Origin: Candidatus Rokubacteria bacterium RIFCSPLOWO2_02_FULL_73_56
Lineage (GTDB): Bacteria > Methylomirabilota > Methylomirabilia > Rokubacteriales > CSP1-6
Length of the DNA: 64,000 nucleotides
Direction of reading: 5' to 3'
NCBI GenBank assembly: GCA_001788495.1
Contig: MGCF01000114.1
Location: 1,074 to 65,073, forward strand
A program made the position numbers and the translations under genes. Below, piece by piece: positions 46,201 to 58,200 of this stretch (position 1 is the first letter of the stretch; every line of letters begins with the position of its first letter). The notes below the pieces were generated by a model. It made no database searches, was not told the origin of the DNA, and worked only from the letters and a program-made list of their open reading frames with translations.

Positions 46201-49200
46201 CCACGACCGCGGATCGGCGGGGCCGCTCGCGGGCAGCGCCGGCCTGAGCGCCGCGAGCACGAGCACGCCGCCGCCCACCCGGATGCCGACGCCGCCGGGC
46301 ACGCCGACGAAGACGTCGTCGATCGTCAGCGCGAAGGTCACCAGGCTCGCGTTGTCGAGGTCGCGCGTGCCGTTGCCGTCGAGGTCCACGTCCACCGTGC
46401 GGCTCTCGAACGCGAACCCGGCCTGGCCGCTGACGAAGCCGAAGACGTCGAAGGCGATCTCGCCGGTGGCGCGCAGCCGGTCGTCGGTGAAGTCGATCGT
46501 GAAGCCGCCGACGGTGAGCGCGTCGTCGGTCGCCTCGCCGAACGTCCCGTCGCCGTCGAGGTCGAGCGCGGTCGCCCAGTCGAGCGCCGCCGGCACCGGC
46601 GTCGGGGCCGTGGCCGCGCCGCGGTTCATCTCGACGCCCAGGCTGTTGACGACGACGGTCAGCCCGTCCACGCCCACGAACGCCCCGCCCTCGAGCGAGG
46701 CGCCGAGTGCCAACCAGCTGCGCGTGTCGGCGGGATCCGCCGGCCGGAGGGTGGCCAGGGCGAGCGTGCCTTCCGCGATCGAGAAGCCGATGCCCGGGGC
46801 GCCGATGAAGAGCCCTTCCGAGCCGTTCCCGGCGTCGCCGTCGTCGGGCAGGATCCGGAGCGCGAACGTGGTCAGCGTCGCGTCGTCGAGGTCCCCGCCC
46901 GGCGCCGGCGCGAAGGCGCCGCCGTCGACGTCGGCGTCCACCGTCCGGCTCTGGAACTGGAAACCGACCTTGCCCCGCACCAGGCCGAACACGTCGAGCG
47001 AGAGCACGCCGGAGGCGCCCAGGACCGGGCCCGTGAAGTCGATCGTGACGCCCGCGACGACCAGCAGGTCGCTCGTCGGCTCGCCGGACGGGATGCCGTC
47101 CTCGCCGAACGTCCCGTCGTCGTCGAGGTCCAGCGCCGCGCGCCAGTTGAGCGCCTGCGCCGCCACCTCGTCGCCGGCCGCCGGCGTCGGGTCGAAGACG
47201 CCGCTCGCCGTGTTGATCTCGAAGGTCACGCCGAGCACGCTGATCGCGAGCCCATCGATGCCGCCGTCGTCGAAGGTGGCGCTGCCCACCGCGCCCTTCA
47301 GCGCCAGCCAGCTGCGCGTGTCGGTGGCGCCGCCCGTCGGGGCCAGCGGCTTCAGCGCGGCGAGGGCCAGCGAGCCGGCGTCGATCTCGAAGTGCACGCC
47401 GTTCGGGTCGCCGACGAAGAGCTGCAGGTCGCTGAGCCGGAAGGTCAGCAGCGAGGCGTTCACGAGGTCCGTCGCCGGGGCCGGCAGGTCCACGTCCACC
47501 CGGCGGACGACGACCTCGAAGTGCGCGCTGCCCGTCACGACGCCGAGGATGTCGAGGTTGGTCAGGTCGCCGGTGACGGCCAGCCGCTCGCCCGTCAGCG
47601 TGATCGGCGCGCCGAGCACGATCACGGCGTCCGCCGGCTCGCCGGCCACGAAGGCGCCGCCCTCGTCGAGGTCGAGCGCCGTCGTCCAGTCGAGCGGGGT
47701 CGGCGGCGTGCTCGGCGCCGTCACCACGCCGCTCGCCATGTTGAGCTCGATGGCGACGTTGGCGATGTCCGCCGTGACGCCCGGGAGCGTGAGCGAGGCG
47801 GCGAGGTTCTCGGCCTGGACGGCCACCCAGCGGCGCGGGTCCACCACGGCGCCGGGCGCCGGGGCGAGGGCCGCGATCCGCACCGTGCCGTCGGAGATCG
47901 TCACGCCGAAGCCCGCCACGCCCACCGCCAGCGAGAAGGTCTCTGGATCGGTCGGCAGCGCCTCGTCCAGGCTGAGCCCGAAGGTGATCAGCACGGCGTT
48001 GTCGAGGTCGCGGAGCGTCGTCGGGGACCCCGGCGTCGTCGGCGTGAAGCCGGGCACGCCGTCCACGTCGGCGTCCACGATGTCGCGGGTCACCTCGAAC
48101 CGGGCGGCCCCGGTGACCAGGCCGAAGATGTTGAGCCCGGTCAGGTCGCCCGCCACCTTCAGGACGTCGGCCGTCAGCGTGATCGCGGAGCCGCCCACGC
48201 TCACCGGGTCGAAGCCGAACGCCCCGGCGTTCTCGTCGAGGTCGACCGCCGTCGTCCAGTCGAGCGCCGTGGCCGTGGCCGGCAGCGTCGCGCTGGCGCG
48301 GTTGACCTCCACGACGAGGTTGACGACCGAGGCCGTCACGCCCGGCAGCGACAGGGTCGCGCCGATCCCGCTCGCCTGGAGCGCCATCCAGCGCCGCGTG
48401 TCCGACGGGTCCGCGGGCGCCAGCGTCGCGATCCGCACGCTGCCGCCCGTGATGGCCACGCCGAAGCCCGACACGCCGACCGCCAGCTGGATGTTGGTCA
48501 GCGCGAAGGTCAGGAGGACCGCGTTGTCGAGGTCGCCGCCCGGGGCCGGGGCAAAGCCGCCGCCGTCGACGTCGACGTCCACGACCTCGCGCTGCACCTC
48601 GAAGTGCGCGCTCCCGCTGACGAGCCCGGCGATGTCGAGGTTGTTCAGGTCGCCGCTGACCACGAGCGCGTCGCCGGTCAGGGTGAGGATCTGGCTGGCG
48701 ACCACCAGGCGGTCGTCCGCGGCCTCGCCGAAGAGCCCGTCGCCGTCGAGGTCGAGCGCCGTCGTCCAGTTCAGCGCCTGCGTCGTCGCCGGCAGGGTCG
48801 CCGTGCCGCGGTTCACCTGGATGACGACGTTGCCGAGCGAGGCGCCGAGCAGCCCGCCCACGTTGAGCGAGGCGCCGAGGCCGCTCGCCTGCACCGCCAG
48901 CCACCGCCGCGTGTCGAGCGTGGAGGCCGGGGCCAGCGCCGCGATGCCCACCGAGCCGCCGGTGATCGACACGCCGAAGCCGGAGAGGCCGACCGTCAGG
49001 CTCAGGGTGCTGAGGCCAAAGGTCAGCAGCGTCGCGTCGTCGAGGTCGCGGGTGCCGTCGTGGTCGACGTCCACGTCCACCGTGCGCATGACCAGCTCGA
49101 AGGTCGCCGAGCCCGTCACGAAGCCGACCACGTCGACCGCGAGCTGGCCGACGACGCGGAGCAGCTCCCCGTCGTGATCGATCGTCAGCTGCGACGACCC

Positions 49201-52200
49201 GCCGAGCGTCACGATCGTCGCGACCACCGGGTCCGGCGCGAAGACCGCGTCGTTCTCCTCGAGATCGACGGCGCGCGTCCAGTCGAGCGCCACCGCGTTG
49301 ACGGGCTGGCTGACCGTCCCCGCCCCGTCGCCGTCGAACACGCCGGCGGCGCGGTTGACCTGGACGGACAGCGTGGTCGCGGTCAGCGTCAGGCCCGGGA
49401 TGCCCTCGAAGCCGGCGCCCGAGATGTCGGCCGTCATCGCGAGCCAGCTGCGCGTGTCCGTCGAGCCGGGCGCCAGCGTGCCCGGCGTGAGCGACGCCAG
49501 CGCGAGCCGGCCGCCCGTGACGCGGAAGCCCACGCCCGGCACGCCGATGAAGACGTCCGTGACGCTCAGGCCCAGCGTGACCAGGCTGGCGTTGTGGAGG
49601 TCGCCGCCCACGCCCGGCGTGAAGGTGCCGTCGGCGTCGACGTCCACGTCCACCCGCTGCGACTCGAAGGCGAAGCCGACCGTGCCGGACACGAGGGCGA
49701 AGAGGTCGATGTCCACGACGCCGGTCGCCCGCACGAAGTCGCCGGTGAAGTCGATCGTCTGACCGGCAACCGTCAGCGGCGTGGCGAGCGCCGCCGTCCA
49801 GTCGAGCGCGACGGCCGCGACCTCGTCGCCGCTCGCCGGCGCCTCCGGGGTGGGATCGAGCACGCCGCTCGCCCGGTTGATCTGCACCGCCGCGCTCAGC
49901 ACGTCCAGCGTCAGGCCGTCGAGGCCCAGGAAGCTGGCGCCGCCCACCGCGGCCTTCAGGGCGACGAAGCTGCGGCGGTCCGTCACCACCGTGGGGGCCG
50001 CGGGCGCCTTGGCCTCGAGAAGGGCGAAGGCGAAGTCCACGCCGGTCAGCGCCAGCCCGGTCGCGCCGGGGGTGCCCGCCGGCCCGTTGACGCCCGCGAA
50101 GGCGCTCACGCCGGTCGCGCCCAGCGTCAGCAGGTCGGCGGCGACGGGCGCCGTGCCGCCGGGGAGCGTCGCCTGGGTCGAGCGCTTCTCGAACTCGAAG
50201 GTGCCGCTCACGAAGAAGAACCCGAACACGCCGAGCTCGATCGTGCCCTTCGCCCGCAAGAGGGTCCCGGCCGCGCCCGGGAAGTCGAGCGTGATCGAGT
50301 TGCCGCCGCCGGTGTTGACCGCGAGCGGCGTCGTGGCGAAGTCGACGACCGCGCTGTTCGCGCCGGCACTGCTCGTGCCGCCGCCCTGGTTGATCTCGAT
50401 GCTCAGGTCCGTCACGCCGACGGTCAGCCCGTCGATGCCCAGGAACGTGGCGCTGCCGACCGTCGCCCGGAGCGCCGTGAACGTCCTGAGGTCGGTCGGC
50501 ACGGCGGGCGCGGCCGGCCGGGTCCGGCTCAGCAGCGCCAGCGCGAAGCCCACGTCGTGCAGGCTGAGCCCGACCGCGGCGGGCGTGCCGCCGTTGAGGC
50601 CGGCGAAGGCGTCCACGTGGCTGGCCCCGATTCGCAGCGCCTGCACGCTGATCGGCTCGGCGTCCCCGACCACCTGCACCGTCGTCGTGCTCTTCTCGAA
50701 CGCGAAGTTGCCGCTGACCTGGAAGAAGCCGTAGACGTCCAGCGCGAGCGTGCCCTCGGCGCGGATCAGCGTGCCCGCGGCGCCGTCGAAGTCGAGCGTG
50801 ACGAAGTCACCGGGATTCGGGCCCGTCGCCACGTCCATCGGCGCCGCGCCGAAGTCCACCACCGTGGTGTTGGCGGCGCCGTTGAGCGTGCCGCCGCCCG
50901 AGTTGACGTCCACGTGCAGTCCGGTCGCGCCGATCGTCAGGCCGTCGATCCCGACGAAGTGCACGCTGCCCACGCTCGCCGTCAGGGCCGTCCAGGTGCG
51001 GAGGTCCGTCGGCGTCAAGCCGGCGGCCGGCGCCCTGGCCTTGAGGAGCGCCAGGCCGAACTCCACGCCGGTCAGCTCGAGCCCGATCGCGCCGTCGTTG
51101 CCGGCCGGTCCGTTGACGCCGGCGAAGGCGTTCACGCCGGTGGCGCCGACGGTGAGGCGCTCGACCTGCACCGTCGAGGGCGTTGTGCCGTCGGTGACCG
51201 TGACGGAGGCCGTCTCCGACTTCTCGAAGGCGAAGCTGCCGTCGAGGAACACGAAGCCGAGGACGGCCAGGTCCACCGTGCCCGCCGCGCGGAGCAGGCT
51301 CCCCTGGGCGCCGTCGAAGTCGATGACCTCGGTGTTGCCGCCCCCGGTGTTCACGGTGAGGGGCGCGGCCGCGAAGTCCACCACCGTCGTGTTCGCCTCG
51401 GCGCCGTTCAGGCCGCTCCCGCGGTTGACGTCGAGGTGGAAGTCGCTCACCGCCACGGTGAGGCCCTCGACGCCCACGACGCGCGCCTCGCCGATGCTCG
51501 CCCGGAGCGCCAGCCACTTCCGGAGATCGGTCGGCGGCGTGAGCACCAGCGGATCGATGACGGGACTCATCATGGCGATCCCGAACTCCACCTGACGGAG
51601 CGCCAGGCCGAGCGCCGTGCCGTTCAGCTCCTGCGACTCGCTCGGGTCGATGAGGCCGTTGCCGTTGGCGTCCGCCCCCGTGGGCACCCCGTTGCCGTCG
51701 AGATCGGTGAAGTACGGACCGTTGATCCCGACGAACGCGCCGAGGTCGCTGCCGCCGACCGTGACGAGATCGACGTCCGCCGACCCGCCGCCACTCAGGC
51801 CCACCACGCGATGCGGGAGCTGCTCGAAGGCGAAGTTCCCGTCGAGGTACACGAAGCCGGCGAGGGCCAGGTGGCCGTTGGTCACCGTGACGCGCAGGAA
51901 CGGACCGGCCGGGATGTCGACCGTCACGCCGTCGATCTCCGTCACGGCCAGGGTCGTCTGGTTGAGCGTGAGCCCGAACGTGCCGCTCACCTCGAAGCCG
52001 TCGATGTCCGGCCCGGCCACCAGGTCGATCGACAGCGTCCCGGCGAGCCCGCCCGGCGACGCCTCGGGCCCGGTCGTCGGCGCGGTGAGCTTGAAGGCGC
52101 CGCGGCCGTTGGCCAGCTCGACGATCCGCGTGGGCCCGGCCGTCAGCGTCAGCTCGACGTCCCGCGCCGTCACCATGATCACGGTCGCGGCGCCCTCGGT

Positions 52201-55200
52201 GGTCTTCCGCAGGCGGAACTGGCCCTGGAGGTGCTGGCCGAACGCGTCGAGCCGGCCGCCGAACTCGATGACGAGCTCGGGCGCGACCGGGCCGAAGAGG
52301 TTCTGCGAGTCGACGATGATCCGGAAGTTGCCCTCCGCCGCGAACGGGAAGCCCGCGATCGGATCGCTCGTCAGCGACGCCGTGAACGGCAGGTCGACGT
52401 GCAGCTCGGCCCTCGGCGTGATCGCGAAGAGGCTGCCGATCGGCGTCGCGATCAGGGCGGGCAGCGTGATGCGCCCGTCCACGGCCGGCGCCGTCGGCGC
52501 GAAGGCCACGTCGGCGCCGGCCTGGAGGAAGATCCGCCCGTTGTCGACGCCCGCCGCGAAGCTCCCGACGGCCAGGCCCAGGTCGATCGCGCTGCCGTCG
52601 ATGGTGATCGTGGCGCCGATATGCTCGATCTCGACGAACGCGTCCGCCGCGCTGAGCCCGCTCGTCAGCAGGTTCGAGAGGTTCAGGCCGAAGACCACGT
52701 TGAACTCGAAGTCGGCCTCGAGGTGGATCTCGGCGGCGGCGGTCACCGCGACCAGCGACCCGCCGAGCACGTCGTCGAAGCTCAGGTCGAAGTCGAAGCT
52801 CGGGTTGATGCGGACGGCGATCTGGAACTGCAGCTCGATCCGCCCGCCCTCCGTCACGAGGGCGGCGCCGATGCCCGAGCCCTGGATCTTCCGCTGGGTC
52901 TCGCCGAGCACGACGTCGAACAACCCGCGCAGCGAGGGCGACTCGCTCGCCGCCGTGCGCGCGTCGAAGTAGGCCTCCACCGCGTCGTGGAGCCTCAGCA
53001 GGTCGCCGATGCCCGGGGAGCTCGGGCCCACCAGGAGCCGGTTCACGCTGAGGCCGATGAGCGGCAACGGCTGGTCCAGGGCGTCGATGCCGAGGATCGC
53101 GTCGCCCAGGCTGTCCATGTGCCCGAGGAGGTCGAGGAACACCTGCTGCAGGTCGACGTCGAGGAGCTCGACCAGCAGCTCGGCGATCGGGTCCCCGGGC
53201 GCGGGGGCGATGTCGAAGTCGAGCGGGCTGGCGATGTCCTCCCACGAGAAGATCAGGCCGACGTCGACGAGGGTGAGCGGCTTGCTCAGGCCCGGGAGCA
53301 GCGCGGCGACGCCGAACGTGCCCGCGAAGACCACGTCGGTCGCGGCCGGGTTGCCCTCGACCGCGAGCGTGAAGTTGCTCGCGTCGAAGTCGGCCAGCTC
53401 GTGCGGCCGGAGCTTGCCGGGCGCCTCGCCGGTGAGCGCGTCGACGCGCGGGTCGTGCAGGTCGAGGCCGAGCCGCACGGCCGGATCGATCGTGACGGTG
53501 GCGTTCGTCAGCTGGAGCTCGATGAACCCGAAGGCGCCCGCCCCGCTCAGCGCGCCGATGGTGATGTGGGTCACCTCGATCTCGGGCCCGCCGAAGGCCT
53601 CCGTGTCGACGAAGAACCCGCCGTCGTCCACGCCGACCAGCATGTGGACGACCATGTCGAGGCTCAGCTCCATCGAGCCCCGGATGGACACGAGGCCGCC
53701 GAGCAGCGAGAGGTCGAGGCCCGGCCGGCCGCTGAACGACGTGACCACGGTCATGTCGAACCGGGTGCCGGCGGCGTCCTCGATGAGCGTCACGTTGTCC
53801 GGGACGGCGTCGAGGTCGTCGAGCGCCTGGCGGAGGGCCGCGGGGCTGTCGATGCTGACGCCGATCTGGTCGAGGACGCCGGCGAGCAGCCGGCCGATGA
53901 GCGTGTCGGGGTTCGTCACCGGAGTCAGCGCCGCCGCCCGCCCGCCCCGCTTCGCCACCTCCGGGAGGCCCAGGCGCTCGCGCTCGGCCGCCGCCGCCGC
54001 GCGCTCCGCCTCCTGCGCCACGAGGTCGCCGAAGGTCGCGCCGGCCTGGCCGGGCGGCAGCGGCACCGGCCGCACCGGCGGATGGTTGCCGCTGACGGCC
54101 TGCCCGAGCGCCGGCACCATCGCGATGTTCTGGGAGCCGAGCGCGTCGCCGAGCTGGTTCACCAGCGCCAGCGAGTTCAGGCCGGAGCGGAACGCCCCCA
54201 GCACGCCGCCCGGGACGTCGAGCTGGCGCTCGCTCGGATCGACGTTCTCGTACCGGACGGTGAGCACGATGCCGAACTCGCCGCCGATCCGGATGACGCC
54301 CGCCGCGCCCGCGCCGCCCGTCAGGACCGCGTCGCCGTCCTGGCCGACGATCAGGAGGCCGTCGGTGCCCGTTCCGCCGTCGTAGCGGATGCCGCCCGAC
54401 ACCCGGACGCGGCTGTCGATCTGCAGCCGGTCGTCGCCGCCGCGGCCCTCGACGACGATGCGCTCGATCGTCGTGAGCTGCTGGCTGCTGACGACCGCGC
54501 CGTCGACGATGACGTTGACCAGGCGCGGGTTGACGGCGTCGAGCTTCAGCCCGAGCTCGTTGTCCCCGTCGTTGCCGCGGACCGTGAGGACGGCCTCGCG
54601 GCCGAGGAGCGCCGCGGCGCCCTCGAGCTCGAACGCCCCGCGGCCCAGCGTCGCCACGACGAGCGTCCCGCCGACCGTCCGGCCGTCGACGATCGTCGTC
54701 TCCGGCGCGTACTGGATGTCGTTGATCGGCATGTTCGGCAGGCCGAGGCCGAGCTCCGTCCAGGTGAGGTTGTTGACGCCGCCGCGCAGGACGACCGTCG
54801 CGGCCGGCTGGATCGCGCCCCCGCCGCTGCTCTCCCGGATCGGGCTGTCCGGGAGCGCCGGCGCCGTCGTGTCGAAGCGCGCGAGCTTCGCCGCGAACAG
54901 CGCGGAGACCGCGGCGTTCGCCTCGAGCACCTCGACGATGCGCCTGGCGGTCGTCGCGGCGTTGACCCGGAAGGTGAGCGTCCGCGTGGGGGCGTCCCAC
55001 GCGACGGTCTCGAGGCCCGCGGCCACGCCGGCCTCGTAGCGCACCGTGACGTCCACGAACTCCACGGCCTGGTTGCGCGCCGTGAACGTGACGTCGTTGT
55101 CGGGCCCCGCGGACAGGAGGGTGCCGGTCACGATGCTCGCCGGGAGGGACGACGGATAGCCGTCGCTGTTCGACGGGTCGCCCACGGGGTTGATCGCCCG

Positions 55201-58200
55201 GAACACCCCGTCGTTGACCCCCACCAGCAGCACATCCACCGGGCGCTGGTCGCTGCGCACGCCGCGGCCGTCGTTCAGGAGGCTCAGCAGCGTGTCCCCA
55301 CGGACGGCGGCGAGCGTGCCGCGGAGGACCGCCCCGTCGATGACGCCGCCGACGCCGCTGTCGCGCCGGGGCGCGCCCGCCGCGAGGAAGCCGAGGTCCT
55401 CGAGGGCGAGCGAGCTGTTGAGCCGCACCAGCGTGAAGGCCGTGGCGTCGGCCGTGGCCAGCCGCAGGTGGTCGGCGCCCTGGAGGGTCACGTTCACGCG
55501 CACGGGCCCCACGCCGCCCAGCCTGGAGGCGTCCTGGATCGCCGTGATCACGTCCTGGACGGTGTGCGCCGCGGTCAGGTCGACGCCGAAGGTGCTGCCG
55601 TCGCCGAGCGTGATGGACAGCGACGGGCCCGCGGTGGGCGCGGTCACCTTCGCGAGCGCCAGGCCGCGCACGCGCTCGACCGGCAGCGCGCCGCTGCGGG
55701 CCGCCGCGCCGGTGATGTCCGCCCAGGTGGTGCCCCCGTCGGTGGTGGCGTACACGTGCGCGTCGTCGATCGCGTAGGCGATCCGCCAGTTCGACGGGTC
55801 GACGACGAGGCGCGTGATGCGGCCGGCGTTCGCGATGCTGACCTCGGCGCCGAAGCTGTTGACCAGGTTGTTGGGCCCGACGCCGGCGGGTCGCACGGCG
55901 ATCCGGTTCTCCCGCGCCTCGTAGATCACGTCCGAGGCGTCGGTGCCGTCGGCGGCCCGGACGCCGAACGCCAGCGCCGTGATCGGGAACCCGCTCGGCT
56001 GCGGCGCGCGGATGCGCGTCACCGTCTGCCCGCCGTCGAAGCTCTCGTAGAGGCCGCGGTTGCCGACCAGGAGGCGGAGCGCATCGACCGGGCTCAGGGC
56101 CATCGGCAGCGGGATCCGGAACTCGCTCCGTTCCTCGGCGTCCATGCCCGCCAGCCTCACCCGCAGGGAGTCCGCAGCCAGGTGGGGGCCGTCGGCGAAG
56201 GTGAGGTTGACGTTCTGGTCGTTGTAGTGCTTGACGAAGAAGAAGCGGAAGTCGTTGTTGGTCGTGTAGAAGTACGCCTCGGTCGAGGTCGAGCCGGCCG
56301 GGCCGTTGACCGCCGTGCGCACGTCGTTGGCGGTGGACACGGTGGTCCGGACGCTGACGAGCAGCGTCCGGGTCTGCGCGTTGTAGCTGGCCGTCTCCGT
56401 CCCTTCCGCGTGGTCCACGAACCGGACCGTCACGCCGTTCCACCGGGCGCCGACGACGGCGGCCTCGAAGGTCATCGCGTTGTTGCCGGCCCCGCTGGCG
56501 GGCACGACCAGCGTCGCCTTCGCGCCGTTCGTGCCTCCCGCCGTCACGGCCGGTGTGTCGCCGCCGGCGAAGGTCCCGCTGCCGTCGTGGTTCGCGTCGC
56601 CGGCGCCGCGCGCCGCCGTGAAGGTGCCCTCGGTGGTGATCAGCGCGATGACCTGATCGGCCGTCGTGCCGGCCGTCAGCTGGATGCCGAGGGTCGGCGT
56701 CGCGCCCGCCGTGAAGGACACGTGGACGGGGCCCACGCCGATGTCCTGGACCGAGACGGTCAGGTTGTTCAGGTCCGCGCCGCCGCGGTTGGCCACGAGC
56801 ACGATGGCGTTGCTCGGGCCGGCCGGGTTGAGCTCGCCGACCGCGCGCAGGGCATCCAGCCCGCCGGTGGCGCCGGCCACGGGCGGGGCGACCGTGGTCA
56901 CGTCGATGGTCCCCGCGCCCGTGTCGGGGCCGGCGGGCGGCAGCAGGACGAACGGTCGGAGGTCGAGCCCCGCGAGCGACGTGTTGCCGTCGCCGGCGCC
57001 CACCGTCAGGAAGTCGCCGGCCGAGTCGCTGACCAGCTGCTGCTGGGAGGCCGCGTCCTGGGCGCCCGTGATGAAGGTGTCGTTGAGCGGGTCGTAGCCC
57101 AGGCTGTAGAGCTCGCCCAGCGCCAGGTTGCCGCCGAGGACCTGCCAGTACCGCGCCGAGGGCGGCCCGTGCGGGTTCACGAGACGGGCCAGGCCGCCGT
57201 CGTTGGCCTGGAGCACGTTGCCCGCCCCGTCGAAGACCATCGTCCGGGCGTCGGAGTGCGGCGCCGTCCCCGTGACGTAGACCGGCGGCTGCTCGACGAG
57301 GCTCCAGGCGAGCCCGGCGTCCGAGACGCCGCTGTCGTTGATGTTCGCCGTGGCGTTGCCCAGTGCGGCGCCGGTGTAGCGGAAGACCGTGCCGCCGTTG
57401 GTCGCCACGGCGCCGGCGACCGTGCGGAAGATCGCCTTGTGCGTCGTGCCGTCGGGGCCGTTCGGGACGTTCTCGAGCTGGGCGAAGTTCCGGCCTCCCG
57501 GCACGGTCACGGGGATGTCCACGGTGCGCTGGCCGAGCCCGTCGAAGCTGGCGCCCGCGAGGTAGGCGATGCGATAGATGTACGTCTGGCCGGGGACGAG
57601 CTGCCCGCCCGCCGGGAACGACGCGTGCCCCACGGGGACGTTGAAGAACCTGACGGTGATGCCGGCCACGCTCGGCGGCGCGTACACGCTGGTGAGGACC
57701 CGGGCCGGGGGCAGCGTCGCGTCGGCGGCGAGGTCGACGATCCGCGTCGCGAGCACCGGGACCGTCGGGCCGAGCGGGTCCCGGCGCAGCTGGTGGAAGA
57801 TCTCGCCGTTCAGCTTGGTCCGCCAGATGATGCGGCCCACCGTGCCCGCCGGACCCTCCGGGAGGTTGGTGAGGACGACGGCGTCGTCGGCGCCGCCGAC
57901 GACGACCGAGAACTCCGGCGACGGCGAGCTCACCTGGCCGTCCGCGGCGACGAACGAGATCCGATAGCGGTACGTGCCGGCGGCCAGAGCGCCGCCGAGG
58001 TTCGCGGCGGTCGCCGTGGTGTTCGGCAGCAGGTCCGCCGGGGCGTTCTGCAGACGGTCCCAGAGGATCGGCTCGGTCAGGAGCGCCGCGTCCGACATCG
58101 CGTCGTCGACCGACGCGCCGTCGGCCACGCGCCGCTCGGCGACCAGGTGGTACTCGCCGTCGGGCAGCGCGTCCAGGCCCGCTCCGCCCGGGAACGCCGC

